A stretch of 64,000 bases of DNA from Macrostomum lignano (GCA_002269645.1 NIVC01002898.1:67196-131195); one strand, 5' to 3'. Positions 22,563 to 35,268 are shown, counted from the stretch's first letter. Translations and numbers: made by a program. Notes: a model not told the origin generated them from the letters alone.

Positions 22563-23807
22563 TGCTGAAAGGGTATACTGTGATTAGTGTCATCATGCAG
22601 ACAGATATCAATCACTTTAGAAGAACCAAAACTTTGTCAAATAAAGAACAAAATAGTTTTTTTTTTCAAATGAAACCAGTTGTAGTTCAATACCTCTTAT
22701 ATTTTATGCATTACAACAAAATTATTGAATATCATTACTTTTTTACTTCCCCTCATATAAGTAAATTTATTCTTGTATAAAAAATTCTTACTACTTATTT
22801 TACTTTTTCAATATTTTGCTTTTTTACTTCCAATTAAGAAACAACTTGAAATATAAAGTTATGTCTAGGCCTACCATAAAAAATCAAAGACACTGATATT
22901 GACAAAAGCTAAAATTGGCAAATGCATTTGTTTTATAAATTATTTTATCCAATTTAATGTTTACATTTTTTCAAAGAGTGGGGGGACCAAGCACATTTTG
23001 CCACAATACAGATCTGCACCTTTCATCCCCCTTGGGTCTTTACCCTTTAGAATCTGCCCCTCAACAGATTTTTGGTTGTATTGTACTAGGCCTACTAATA
23101 GGCCCAAATATTTGATACTGAAGAACCAGTTAAAAAAACAAGTTCATTATAATTTGATGCATTCTTAGAAAGTCCAATTCCACTGTACAGTCAGCCCTAT
23201 CAATGTACAATTGTACCCCTGTTGTTGGCCAGCTCTACCACCCCACCTTCACCACTAGTTGCCTAGATTCAAATGCCCTTTTTCTAGTCTATTTAAAGTT
23301 TGGACTGATGTGCTCTCTGTCTAAACCTTGTAAAAAGCCATTCAAACTCAGTTTGTGTCTCATTACTCTTCTTATTTGTCATTAAAATTGACACCTAAGG
23401 GAGGCAATTCTCCCTTAAATTTTTGTTGCTTTTTGACTTATTATATTTGTAAAAATAAAGTATACAATGCAAATAGTACATTATAGTTGGCATAGTTCTA
23501 TCTAATGCATATTGAAATTTTTAGTAGCTATTCCTAGACCTGTCTAAATAATAAATGTTGACAATGTTTACCACCATCATTATTTAAATTGTTATTGAAA
23601 TAGACTTTACAGCTCGTAGAAAGCTTATACTTAGATTATTGCATATTAGGTAGACTTAAATTTTCATCTAGGTTTGTTTATATGTTAGTTGGTTAAACAG
23701 TCGACAGTTACTGACATCAATGAACCCCATAAATGCTCCCCTTCCAGTACCAACTGGACTCAGCATCCAGCTGTGCAACCTGTCAATCTCGACAATTACA
23801 CAATCGC

Positions 23808-24003
23808 ATGCCGTTTATCTCCGCAACAGCAGCCATCACGACGCGCCGACACAGCCGACGTAAAGGACTCCATGCAATTCAAGCCGCCTGGTTCTGTAGG
23901 AAGAAAGCGTTAAAATTCGCGGATTATGCGCTTAGCTGAAAACGGCGACCGGATCAACGTTGTACACACTGTCGAATACGCTACTAGCCAGCGCAACTGC
24001 TAA
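23808..24003 (+). promoter_or_regulatory. Candidate eIF5 5' leader with three upstream ORFs
   Basis: uORF1 23808-23939 (CGC-ATG-C), uORF2 23872-23913 (TCC-ATG-C), uORF3 23926-24003 (ATT-ATG-C). They lie in a GC-rich island within AT-rich DNA; the main start is ACA-ATG-G. Confidence 0.55.
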
Positions 24004-24137
24004 TTCAACTATTTACTTTCAGTTTTATTATATTTATATAATTATTAAAGACAGCTTAAGCCTCTTTAACACAACTACTAATAACTAAACAAATTTAAAA
24101 CTTGAACAGTTGGGAACTAAAATAACAATTTAAAACA

Positions 24138-27100
24138 ATGGCTCTTAACGTGAATCGCGAAATTAGCGACGACTTTTATCGCTACAAAATGCCCCGCCTG
24201 ATTGCGAAAGTCGAAGGCAAAGGCAACGGCATTAAGACTGTCATTGTCAACATGCACGAGGTTGGCAAAGCGCTCTGCAGGCCGCCAATTTATCCAACTA
24301 AATATTTCGGCGCCGAGCTGGGCGCCCAGACCCAGTTCGACCAGAAGAATGATCGCTATATTGTTAATGGGGCCCACGATGCCGAGAAGTTGCAGACTAT
24401 TCTAGATGGCTTTATTAAACGGTTTGTTGATTTTAATTATTGTTCTTGTTCAGGGAGGGGGTTGTAACTATTTTGGTTATCCTACTAAATCGGCCTTCAC
24501 ATTTTTATTCCCTAATAGTACAACAAATAGCATTTTTTGACTAGCACGCTTGTAATTCCTTTTGATTCTTAATTAGCATCTCAGTAATCCCCCTTGAAGA
24601 CCTAATTAGCATCTCAGTAATCCCCCTTGAGACCTAATTAGCATCTCAGTAATCCCCCTTGAAGACCTAATTAGCATCTCAGTAATTCCCCTTGAGACCT
24701 AATTAGCATCTCAGTAATCCCCCTTGAGACCTAATTAGCATCTCAGTAATCCCCCTTGAAGACCTAATTAGCATCTCAGTAATCCCCCTTGAAGACCTAA
24801 TTAGCATCTCAGTAATCCCCCTTGAGACCTAATTAGCATCTCAGTAATTCCCCTTGAGATCTAATTAGCATCTCAGTAATTCCCCTTGAAGACCTAATTA
24901 GCATCTCAGTAATTCCCCTTGAGACCTAATTAGCATCTCAGTAATCCCCCTTGAAGACCTAATTAGCATCTCAGTAATCCCCCTTGAGACCTAATTAGCA
25001 TCTCAGTAATCCCCCTTGAAGACCTAATTAGCATCTCAGTAATCCCCCTTGAGACCTAATTAGCATCTCAGTAATTCCCCTTGAAGACCTAATTAGCATC
25101 TCAGTAATCCCCCTTGAAGACCTAATTAGCATCTCAGTAATCCCCCTTGAGACCTAATTAGCATCTCAGTAATCCCCCTTGAAGACCTAATTAGCATCTC
25201 AGTAATCCCCCTTGAGACCTAATTAGCATCTCAGTAATCCCCCTTGAAGACCTAATTAGCATCTCAGTAATTCCCCTTGAGATCTAATTAGCATCTCAGT
25301 AATTCCCCTTGAAGACCTAATTAGCATCTCAGTAATTCCCATTGAAACCTAATTAGCATCTCAGTAATTCCACTTGAAGACCTAACTAATATCTTAGTAA
25401 TTCCCCTTGAAGACCTAATTAGCATCTCAGTAATTCCCTTGAGCCTTAATTAGCATCTCAGTAATTCCCCTTGAGACCTAATTAGCATCTCAGTAATTCC
25501 CCAAGAGCCTTTAAGCCTCAGTATCTGCAACACTAAACGCTCCGTCCCCCCCGCCGCATCAAACAGCTACGTACTGTGCTCGGAGTGCGAGAACCCCGAG
25601 ACCGATCTGATTGTGAAGAGCCGCGGCAAGCAGGGCGAGCTGTACGCCAAATGCAAGGCCTGCGGCAGCACTGGCACCGTCGTGGACAACAGCCGCACCA
25701 CCCAGTTCATTATTAAGAATCCGCCAGACGAGACCGGACTGGCCCTGGCCTCTAGCACCAAGTCTGGCGCCGGCGGCGGTAAAAAACAGCGCCGCGGAGG
25801 CGCCGGCGCCGACAAGCAGGCCGACCGCAGCCCGGAAGCCGGCAACAGCGACGAGAACGACGAGCAGCAGCAGAAGTTGATGGACGAAGAAGATGGCAAC
25901 GAGATTGGCGGCGACGGATTCGATAGCGACAACGGCGAGTGGGAAGACGGCCCCGTCGGCGTTGAAGAACGAGTCGAAGAGCTGCCGGAATCGATCCGGC
26001 GCCTGATTGTCACCGAGGATCTGCTGCAGCTGACACCGCAGGATAGGGCTGATCGGTAGCGCCGCTTCTGCTATTTTTATTCTAACAAAAAAATTTTGTT
26101 AGAAGCCTGATTTTCGACATGCTAAAATCCCAATTTGACAAACCTAAATCCTAAAACTACAGTCGGGAAATCCCAATTCCACCATCCGGGAAATCCCAAT
26201 TCCACCATCCGGGAAATCTCAATTCCACCATCCGGGAAATCCCAATTCCACCATCCGGGAAATCCCAATTCCACCACCCGGGAAATCCTAATTCCACCAC
26301 CCGGGAAATCCAAATTCCACTACCCGGGAAATCTCAATTCAACAATCCGGAAAATCCCCACCACCCAGGAAATCCCACTTCCACAATCCGGAAATTCCCA
26401 ATTTCAAAATCTAAAAAATCCCAATTCAACCCATGCGGAAATCCTCAAAAAATCAAAATTCAGTCAGGTAGCGAATGCTTTTAACTACTAAGCTTGATAA
26501 TTTCAACTAAACCATACGAAGCAATGGTTACTAGTTGCTATCCGGAAGTGTTGTCCAATAAAACAAATTTAAGTAATCTTGATATTTCTGTGTTGCGTCA
26601 GTTAACTGTGCCTTTTTGCCATTCGGAGCAAAATTTGTTCCGATTAGAGCAAGCTAAGAGCAAGCTTTTAGCTGACTGGATGATTGCCTGTCTCGACAAG
26701 AGACAAAACACTTCAGCAGTATTCGACTCCATGATTTATTACTTGGCTGGCTTTACTACTGATATTTCCCTCAGCTTTTTTCTCTGCAGTTAACATTTCC
26801 TAATATGGTTGTGTAGCTGCTGTTATTATCTGACAGTTGAGATTGTTCATTAATTTATATTGGAATATAGCTTGAGCAGGGTTTCAACTGTTACATTGCG
26901 TATGCATAGTAGGGACTCAAACTATCAAATGTTAAGCAGGATAAATTGAGCACCTATCTAATGGCGCCAGAATACGAGGTAAGCATCTGATAGCGCCAGA
27001 ATGAGTCTCCAATGGCGCCAAAATGAGTCTCCGATGGCGCAAGACTGAGTATGCGATGGCGCCAAAATGAGTTTCCGATAGCGCCAGATTAAGCATCTAA

Positions 27101-29715
27101 TGGCGCCAGAATGAGCATCTGATGGCGCCAGAATAAGCATTTGATGGCGCTAGAAAGAGCATCTGATGACGCCAGATTAAGCATCTAATGGCGCCAGAAT
27201 GAGCATCTGATGGCGCCAGAATAAGCATTTGATGGCGCTAGAATGAGCATCTGATGGCGCCAGAATAAGCATTTGATGGCGCCAGAATGAGCATCTGATG
27301 GCGCCAGATGGAACATCTGATGGCGCCAGAATGAGCATCTGATGGCGCCAGAATCTAAGAGGTCACAATATCGCCGATTAGAGCTAGGCTACATTTCAAT
27401 GCTTACACAGAGAATTCCTCTCGTTCAGATATCCCATTATCCGGCTCCTACCCCCCTCCCAGCTTCCACAAGATGCTGAGCGACAAGCTGGCCTCAGGAT
27501 TCACCAAGGACACACCGCAGGAGCTGCTTCAAGAGGCCGACAGGCTGGACATTCGCGACAAAGCTGTCGTTGTAGTCGCCGAAGTGCTGCTGAACAACCC
27601 CGGCACTTTGGCCGCCGACATCACCAAGAAGTACAGGTCCGTGTTCCTGGCCTTCACCAATGGCAATCCGCGCTCGCAGAAATATCTTATCGGGGCTGTG
27701 GAATCGCTTGTCCAGCGCTACAAAGACGCTCTGCTGGACGCCAAGCGGATTCCTAATCTATTGAACGCTTTCTACAATGCCGACCTGCTGTCCGAGGAGA
27801 CCCTGATCGAGTGGGCCGACAAAGGGGTAAGACAAGTTTGCGCTGTATTTCTCTGCTAATTTTTTTACTAGTTAAAAAAATGAAAATAACCCAGTGCTTG
27901 TCTCTCTCTGCCTATTCTAGGTCAGAGATAAGCTTGGTGTTCTGTCTGTCCTCTTAGTGTAATTTTGCTGCGTTAAATTTAGAATCACGTGGTTTGTAGC
28001 CAAAACCTCTCTCTAGTGACGCACGCTCGCTATTTTTAAAAGCATTTTTAAGCAACTGCGAGTATACTGTAGACTAAAATGGAATTTTAGGCTCTGTGTA
28101 ATTGTAAAATATTCAGTAGTTCCTTTTCTAGGTAATTGACTTTCAGATATTTTTGCGTATTCTTTTTATTGCTGTTTCTTGAAAAAGCAGCTAGAGGTTT
28201 CTTTAGGTTTAATCTGGCAGGGCGGCCCAGCAACTGAGGATCTGGGAGGCTGGTGGCCCAACAACTGAGGATCTGGGAGGCTGGTGGCCCAACAACTGAG
28301 GATCTGGAGGCTGGTGGTCCAGTAACTGAGGATCTGGGAGGCTGGTGGTCCAGTAACTGAGGATCTGGGAGGCTGGTGGCCCAGCAGCTGAGGATCTGGG
28401 GGGCTGGCCCAGCAACTGAGGATCTGGGAGGCTGGTGGTCCAGTAACTGAGGATCTGGGAGGCTGGCCCAGCAACTGAGGATCTGGGAGGCTGGCCCAGC
28501 AACTGAGGATCTGGGAGGCTGGCTCAGCAACTGAGGATCTTGGAGGCTGGCCCAGCAACTGAGGATCTTGGAGGCTGGCCCAGCAACTGAGAATCTGGGA
28601 GGCTGGCCCAGAACTGGGGATCTGGGAGGCTGGCCCAGAAACTGGGAATCTGGGAGGCTGGCCCAGCAACTGAGAATCTGGGAGGCTGGCCCAGAAACTA
28701 AGAATCTGGGAGGCTGGTGGCAAAGCAACTGAGAATCTGGGAGGCTGGTGGCAAAGCAACTGAGGATCTGGGAGGCTGGTGGCAAAGCAACTGAGGATCT
28801 GGGAGGCTGGTGGCAAAGCAACTGAGGATCTGGGAGGCTGGTGGCAAAGCAACTGAGGATCTGGGAGGCTGGTAGCAAAGCAACTGAGGATCTGGGAGGC
28901 TGGTGGCAAAGCAACTGAGGATCTGGGAGGCTGGTGGCAACTGGCAAAGCAACTGGGGATCTGGGAGGCTGGCCCAGCAACTGATGATCTGGGAGGCTGG
29001 CCCAGCAACTGATGATCTAAGAGGCTGGCCCAGCAACTGAGGATCTGGGAGGCTGGTGGCCCAGCAACTGAGGATCTGGGAGGCTGGCCCAACAACTGAG
29101 GATCTGGGAGGCTGGTGGCCCAGCAACTGACACTCTGGGAGGCTGGCCCAGAAACTGAGGAGCTGGGAGGCTGGCCTAAAAACTGGGGATCTGGGAGGCT
29201 GGCCCAGAAACTGGGGATCTGGGAGGCTGGGGTGGCAGATGGGGGACTTTATGCCAATAAGCATTCTCCATAGGATAATCGCAATGATGAAAGCATTACG
29301 CCAATTCAAGTGTCCAGGCCTATGAGTCTGCCATGATCTGTTTACACGAGTCCTGAGCTTATCCTATATAATCACCTCTGTTGGCCTTCATACGCTGCAA
29401 ATCCTTCTAAATGTCTCCCTCTCTGCCTGCACATTTTGTTTTATTCAGCCAACCAAGCGTCACACTGGCGACCGGAAGCTGAGCAAGCAGATCCACGAGC
29501 TGGCCAAGCCCTTCATCACCTGGCTGAAAACTGCCGACGTTGAGTCCAGCGACGAGGATGAAGAGGAGGAGGAGGAGCAGCAGAAGCCGGAACAGAAGCC
29601 AAAAGCTAACGGAGCCGCTGCTGGCAAGCCGGTGGAGAAGTCCCAGCAGCAGCAGGCCAAGCAGGCGGCAGTGGAAGAAGATAACGAATCCGATGTGGAC
29701 ATCGACAACATCTAA
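24138..29715 (+). CDS. EIF5: Eukaryotic translation initiation factor 5; 467 aa
   Basis: Exons 24138-24421, 25567-26055, 27463-27826, 29449-29715 (1404 nt, phases consistent). Motifs: [19 protein letters not shown] (GAP Arg15), [24 protein letters not shown] and CKACG zinc ribbon, W2/HEAT acidic-aromatic boxes ([10 protein letters not shown]; [18 protein letters not shown]), C-terminal DVDIDNI. Confidence 0.97.
24572..25505. repeat. 32/33-bp minisatellite in eIF5 intron 1
   Basis: Unit CCTAATTAGCATCTCAGTAAT(C/T)CCCCTTGA(A)GA, about 28 copies. Confidence 0.95.
26160..26400. repeat. 22-bp minisatellite in eIF5 intron 2 (5' part)
   Basis: Unit CCGGGAAATCCCAATTCCACCA(T/C). Confidence 0.9.
26955..27355. 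repeat. About 22-bp minisatellite in eIF5 intron 2 (3' part)
   Basis: Unit TGGCGCCAGAATGAGCATCTGA. Confidence 0.92.
28215..29232 (-). repeat. 28/31-bp minisatellite in eIF5 intron 3, same family as 5790-6445 but in opposite orientation
   Basis: + strand unit GGCCCAGCAACTGAGGATCTGGGAGGCT(GGT) is the reverse complement of the ZFYVE1 intron-2 unit. Confidence 0.95.
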
Positions 29716-30702
29716 TTAATCATTAATAATATTAATATAAACAGTGATAATATAACGATACTACTAATACTAAATAAGTAGTTCCTCCTAGCCGGACATT
29801 TTTGCTGGGGAATTTTTTTGGTGTCGGGTATCTACGATTATAATCAATAATACTCCTTTGTTAAAAAACGATTTATATACATACTCGCTGCACTAACTCG
29901 CTATCTGTCTGTTTTTTTTTGTTATTTATTTACATCGTTTTTTGTGTTATTTTCTTTCGCCTCATAATTAATACGGCCCCGCCAACCCCAGTTAAGATAA
30001 ATCAGTTAATTAGCTGTTGCGCTCCTAGTGTAGTGTTTGAACATCGCAGTGAGTTGAACATTTGCGTTTTTGCGTTGTCCGGTCTGATACATAAACTATC
30101 CTGCATAACGAGCTGTATTTATCTATGAGTACAGTTACCCTGGAAACTGATTTTCCAGCTTCTTTGTCATTTCATTCTGTATTTTTATTGGCTATTGATA
30201 ATACTATAATTAAACTTTATCCAGACCAGAAAGCATCCGGGTAAAATTTTTGTTTTTGTTTTTACAATTTATTTAAATAACATGCCTACAGACTACTGTC
30301 AGTAGGACAGAAGAGAAAAATATTAATAAATGTTCAAAATATACTCGGTCGCTTTCTGAATTTGTTTCCCCAAAACCAAGTCTGCACTGAATGCCTGTTA
30401 TTTCTTTAATGTCGTTTAACTTGCACCGCCCGTTAATCCTCTAATTTTGTGTTGTGAGCTCGATTTTGAATTTCCAAACACAAGTTTGTCCGAATCATTC
30501 TGTTCTAAGTAGTAACTAGGCTTTGCTGTCTAGGCAACTCTTAAACGAGCCCTGATGGCCTGAATACCCTCAAAAATTTATTTATCAATAAACTCTCAGT
30601 CTCCGTGTGATTTGAAAAAAACATCTGCTTCTTTTTGTCAGCTAAAATTAAAAAACTTTATTGACTTGTTTAGTGTCTCATTTCATTTTTACTTTGACGT
30701 CA

Positions 30703-33166
30703 CTAAGTTCACAAACCATTGGGTCAGCAAGTTCACAAACCATTGGGTCAGCAAGTTCACAAACCATTGGGTCAGTGAGGTCACAAACCATTGGGTCAGT
30801 GAGGTCACAAACCATTGGGTCAGCAAGGTCACAAACCATTGGGTCAGTAAGTTCACAAACCATTGGTTCAGTGAGGTCACAAACCATTGGGTCAGTGAGG
30901 TCACAAACCATTGGGTCAGCAAGTTCACAAACCATTGGGTCAGTGAGGTCACAAACCATTGGGTCAGTGAGGTCACAAACCATTGGGTCAGCAAGGTCAC
31001 AAACCATTGGGTCAGTAAGTTCACAAACCATTGGGTCAGTGAGGTCACAAACCATTGGGTCAGTGAGGTCACAAACCATTGGGTCAGTGAGTTCACAAAC
31101 CATTGGGTCAGTGAGTTCACAAACCATTGGGTCAGCAAGTTCACAAACCATTGGGTCAGCAAGTTCACAAACCATTGGGTCAGTGAGGTCACAAACCATT
31201 GGGTCAGTGAGGTCACAAACCATTGGGTCAGCAAGGTCACAAACCATTGGGTCAGTAAGTTCACAAACCATTGGGTCAGTGAGGTCACAAACCATTGGGT
31301 CAGTGAGGTCACAAACCATTGGGTCAGTAAGTTCACAAACCATTGGGTCAGTGAGGTCACAAACCATTGGGTCAGCAAGTTCACAAACCATTGGGTCAGT
31401 GAGTTCACAAACCATTGGGTCAGCAAGTTCACAAACCATTGGGTCAGCAAGTTCACAAACCATTGGGTCAGTGAGTTCACAAACCATTGGGTCAGTGAGT
31501 TCACAAACCATTGGGTCAGTGAGTTCACAAACCATTGGGTCAGAAAGTTCACAAACCATTGGGTCAGAAAGTTTACAAACCATTGGGTCAGCAAGTTCAC
31601 AAACCATTGGGTCAGCAAGTTCACAAACCATTGGGTCAGCAAGTTCACAAACCATTGGGTCAGCAAGTTCACAAACCATTGGGTCAGTGAGTTCACAAAC
31701 CATTGGGTCAGTGAGGTCACAAACCATTGGGTCAGTGAGGTCACAAACCATTGGGTCAGTGAGGTCACAAACCATTGGGTCAGTGAGGTCACAAACCATT
31801 GGGTCAGCAAGGTCACAAACCATTGGGTCAGTAAGTTCACAAACCATTGGGTCAGTGAGGTCACAAACCATTGGGTCAGTGAGGTCACAAACCATTGGGT
31901 CAGTGAGTTCACAAACCATTGGGTCAGTGAGTTCACAAACCATTGGGTCAGCAAGTTCACAAACCATTGGGTCAGCAAGTTCACAAACCATTGGGTCAGT
32001 GAGTTCACAAACCATTGGGTCAGTGAGGTCACAAACCATTGCGTCAGTGAGGTCACAAACCATTGGGTCAGCAAGTTCACAAACCATTGGGTCAGCAAGT
32101 TCACAAACCATTGCGTCAGTGAGGTCACAAACCATTGGGTCAGCAAGTTCACAAACCATTGGGTCAGCAAGTTCACAAACCATTGGGTCAGCAAGTTCAC
32201 AAACCATTGGGTCAGCAAGTTCACAAACCATTGGGTCAGTGAGGTCACAAACCATTGGGTCAGAAAGTTCACCAACCATTGGGTCAGTGAGTTCACAAAC
32301 CATTGGGTCAGTGAGTTCACAAACCATTGGGTCAGAAATTTTACAAACCATTGGGTCAGTGAGTTCACAAACCATTGGGTCAGTGAGTTCACAAACCATT
32401 GGGTCAGTGAGTTCACAAACCATTGGGTCAGAAATTTCACAAACCATTGGGTCAGTGAGTTCACAAACCATTGGGTCAGTGAGTTCACAAACCATTGGGT
32501 CAGTGAGTTCACAAACCATTGGGTCAGTGAGGTCATAAACCATTGGGTCAGTGAATTCACAAACCATTGGGTCAGCAAGTTCACAAACCATTGCGTCAGT
32601 GAGGTCACAAACCATTGGGTCAGCAAGTTCACAAACCATTGGGTCAGCAAGTTCACAAACCATTGGGTCAGCAAGTTCACAAACCATTGGGTCAGTGAGG
32701 TCACAAACCATTGGGTCAGCAAGGTCACAAACCATTGGGTCAGTAAGTTCACAAACCATTGGGTCAGTGAGGTCACAAACCATTGGGTCAGTGAGTTCAC
32801 AAACCATTGGGTCAGCAAGTTCACAAACCATTGGGTCAGTGAGTTCACAAACCATTGGGTCAGCAAGTTCACAAACCATTGGGTCAGCAAGTTCACAAAC
32901 CATTGGGTCAGCAAGTTCACAAACCATTGGGTCAGTGAGGTCACAAACCATTGGGTCAGTGAGTTCACAAACCATTGGGTCAGCAAGTTCACAAACCATT
33001 GGGTCAGCAAGTTCACAAACCATTGGGTCAGCAAGTTCACAAACCATTGGGTCAGTGAGTTCACAAACCATTGGGTCAGCAAGTTCACAAACCATTGGGT
33101 CAGTGAGTTCACAAACCATTGGGTCAGCAAGTTCACAAACCATTGGGTCAGTAAGTTCACAAACCA
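30703..33166. repeat. Intergenic 21-bp minisatellite, about 117 copies
   Basis: Unit CACAAACCATTGGGTCAG[T/C][G/A]AG[G/T]T. Stop-free frames produce the 853, 830, 823, 625 and 241-aa ORFs. Confidence 0.97.
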
Positions 33167-33819
33167 GCAATGAAATTTTATTTCTTAATTTTGAAAAAGA
33201 AAATCATGATCAAAATCAAGGACAAAAAATGAATTTTATTCTTTTGCGTGAGTTGCATTATCAAAGCCTATTATGACTTAACTTGTATGTATTGTACAGT
33301 AATTAATGATTAATCACATAGGTAGGGTTTTACATCAATAGAAACAAACAGCATCAGAATACTGCAGGACCAGCCATTTTGCACTATGCGGAGATGCAGT
33401 TGTGAGCTGAATTATACAGCAATTAAAAGAATCCAGTTTGGCACACGCTAATTAAAGATACGTTAAAAAACGAATGTTGAATAGTAATTAGCATAAGACC
33501 ATAAGTAGTGGGGTCTATACGGCTTCAATTTGATTAATCGCATAAGAGTGAGTACTAAAAGCTGGCTAAGACCTGCTTAGCGTGTGGACACGAGGCTAAG
33601 GTATTTTACATGCAATTAGTACATTTAAGTCTTGTAGAAATGTATCTACAGCCCTTAAAAGGGCCGCTTTACAACAGACATCAGTGTATTTTTGTTAGAA
33701 ACTTGCGTAAAAATATTTCCTCATTGATTGATTTCTTATACTCGTATGGAAGCAGATCGTCTAGCAAAAATAACAGATACTAGTAGAACTACTAAATATA
33801 CCACTCGCAATAGAAGGGA

Positions 33820-34525
33820 AAAATAGAGCGCCTACTGATCTTTCAGAAGTTGTCTTCTGCTCAGTGTAACTTACGAGCGTAATTTAAATGAAATGAAACA
33901 GCTAGAATTTCCTTTCTTTCCTCGGGGTTTTTTGTCGCCTCAGGAGCATATGGGGTTAAGAATGAGCAAGCATTTAATTCGATGTACACAAATGAACGCC
34001 AGACGGACGAAGCTCAGCCTAGGGGAAGGCCCTATCTAGCTCAGCCAATGAGAGAGAAGTAAGGAGAGAGAGATCAAAGTCAGACGAACGAAAATCAGCC
34101 TGGGAAAAGGCCCAATCTGGCTCAGCCAATGAGAGAGCAGTAAGGAGAGAGATCAAAGTCAGACGAACGAAAATCAGCCTGGGAAAAGGCCCAATCTGGC
34201 TCAGCCAATGAGAGAGCAGTAAGAAGAGAGATCAAAGTCAGACGAACGAAAATCAGCCTGGGAAAAGGCCCAATCTGGCTCAGCCAATGAGAGAGCAGTA
34301 AGGAGAGAGATCAAAGTCAGACGAACGAAAATCAGCCTGGGAAAAGGCCTAATCTGGCTCAGCCAATGAAAGAGCAGTAAGGAGAGAGGTCAAAGGCAGT
34401 TGTTTATCGGCCTGGCTGGGGGCCACCCTTTTTCTCACTTGCCCACTGTGCACACGACCTAGATTTTGGGTTTTTTAAGCTTTCCTGCTACAATCTTCAG
34501 ACTTCAGTCTGGAGTCGGTAGAACA
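33820..34525 (+). repeat. Dispersed repeat (LTR-like), copy B, with about 4.6 tandem 79-bp CCAAT-containing units
   Basis: Units start at about 34030, 34111, 34190, 34269 and 34348. Homologous to 13250-13870. Confidence 0.75.
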
Positions 34526-34830
34526 GGATTTAATGAAATAAACTGTTATAAAGACAAAAAACACTAATCTTGCTACTGAAAAGAGTAGACAAGCGCATTT
34601 TTGCGAATCACATATCTGGTTATTCTTCTAGGGTATCTGTAGCTCAACCCCTCAAACCGCGTCACTCCAACTGCATAGAGAAACCGTTATTAAAGCTTCA
34701 TCTATTTAAGCTGAAGTACATGAAACGAAAATCGGTCTGAGATTTCCATTACTTTTCTATCTTTGATTGCTGATGCTGTAAATGTACACACAGAATGTGA
34801 ATTTATTAACTTAATAATTCTTTAGAATCC

Positions 34831-35268
34831 TCACGAATCCCCTCCATCCTCTTCCCGATCGTGCTGCTGCTGTCCAAATCTGACGCCACGGCCTCCGCTA
34901 GCGACTCCCCGATTCATATAGTAAGCCAGCATGGAGTACAGCAGCGGCATGCCCTGGCAGCTGGGATCTTCGCGCAAGTTCAACTCTCTGGACAGCAGGC
35001 TGCGACTCAGCCGGGCCTGCGGTTGTCCGCTCTCGGCCGCCAGCACCGATGCCGCATTGGAGTACTCGTTGAACTCGAGGTATTCTCGAATTAATTCGTT
35101 AATCAGCAGGTTCTCGTTGGACAGTCCGGGTCGCTGCTGGCCAGACGGCCGCGGCTCCTCGAGAGAGCGATAGATCTCAGCCCTGAGACTGGCCCTGATG
35201 TCTTGCAGGACTCCACGCGATTCCAAATTCTCTTTCAATGCCGATTTCAATTCGTCAACGGATGCCAT
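34831..35268 (-). CDS. CEP20: Centrosomal protein 20 (FOR20/FOPNL), LisH/TOF domain; single exon, 145 aa
   Basis: MASVDELKSALKENLESRGVLQDIRASLRAEIY...ENLLINELIREYLEFNEYSNAASVLAAESGQP...PLLYSML matches the FOR20 pattern. AATAAA lies on the - strand about 24 nt after the stop (34807-34802). Confidence 0.93.
   Translation of the reverse strand: MASVDELKSALKENLESRGVLQDIRASLRAEIYRSLEEPRPSGQQRPGLSNENLLINELIREYLEFNEYSNAASVLAAESGQPQARLSRSLLSRELNLREDPSCQGMPLLYSMLAYYMNRGVASGGRGVRFGQQQHDREEDGGDS

Noticed and set aside
24572-25505. Regular arrays of about 30-bp repeats suggestive of CRISPR
   Set aside because: There are no unique spacers, the context is a eukaryotic intron and there are no cas genes.
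30612-33276. 853, 830, 823, 625 and 241-aa ORFs (e.g. SSQTIGS repeats resembling a mucin or adhesive protein)
   Set aside because: They are stop-free frames of a 21-bp array, open on both strands. Unit variation is non-synonymous in every frame and there is no signal peptide or flanking domain.
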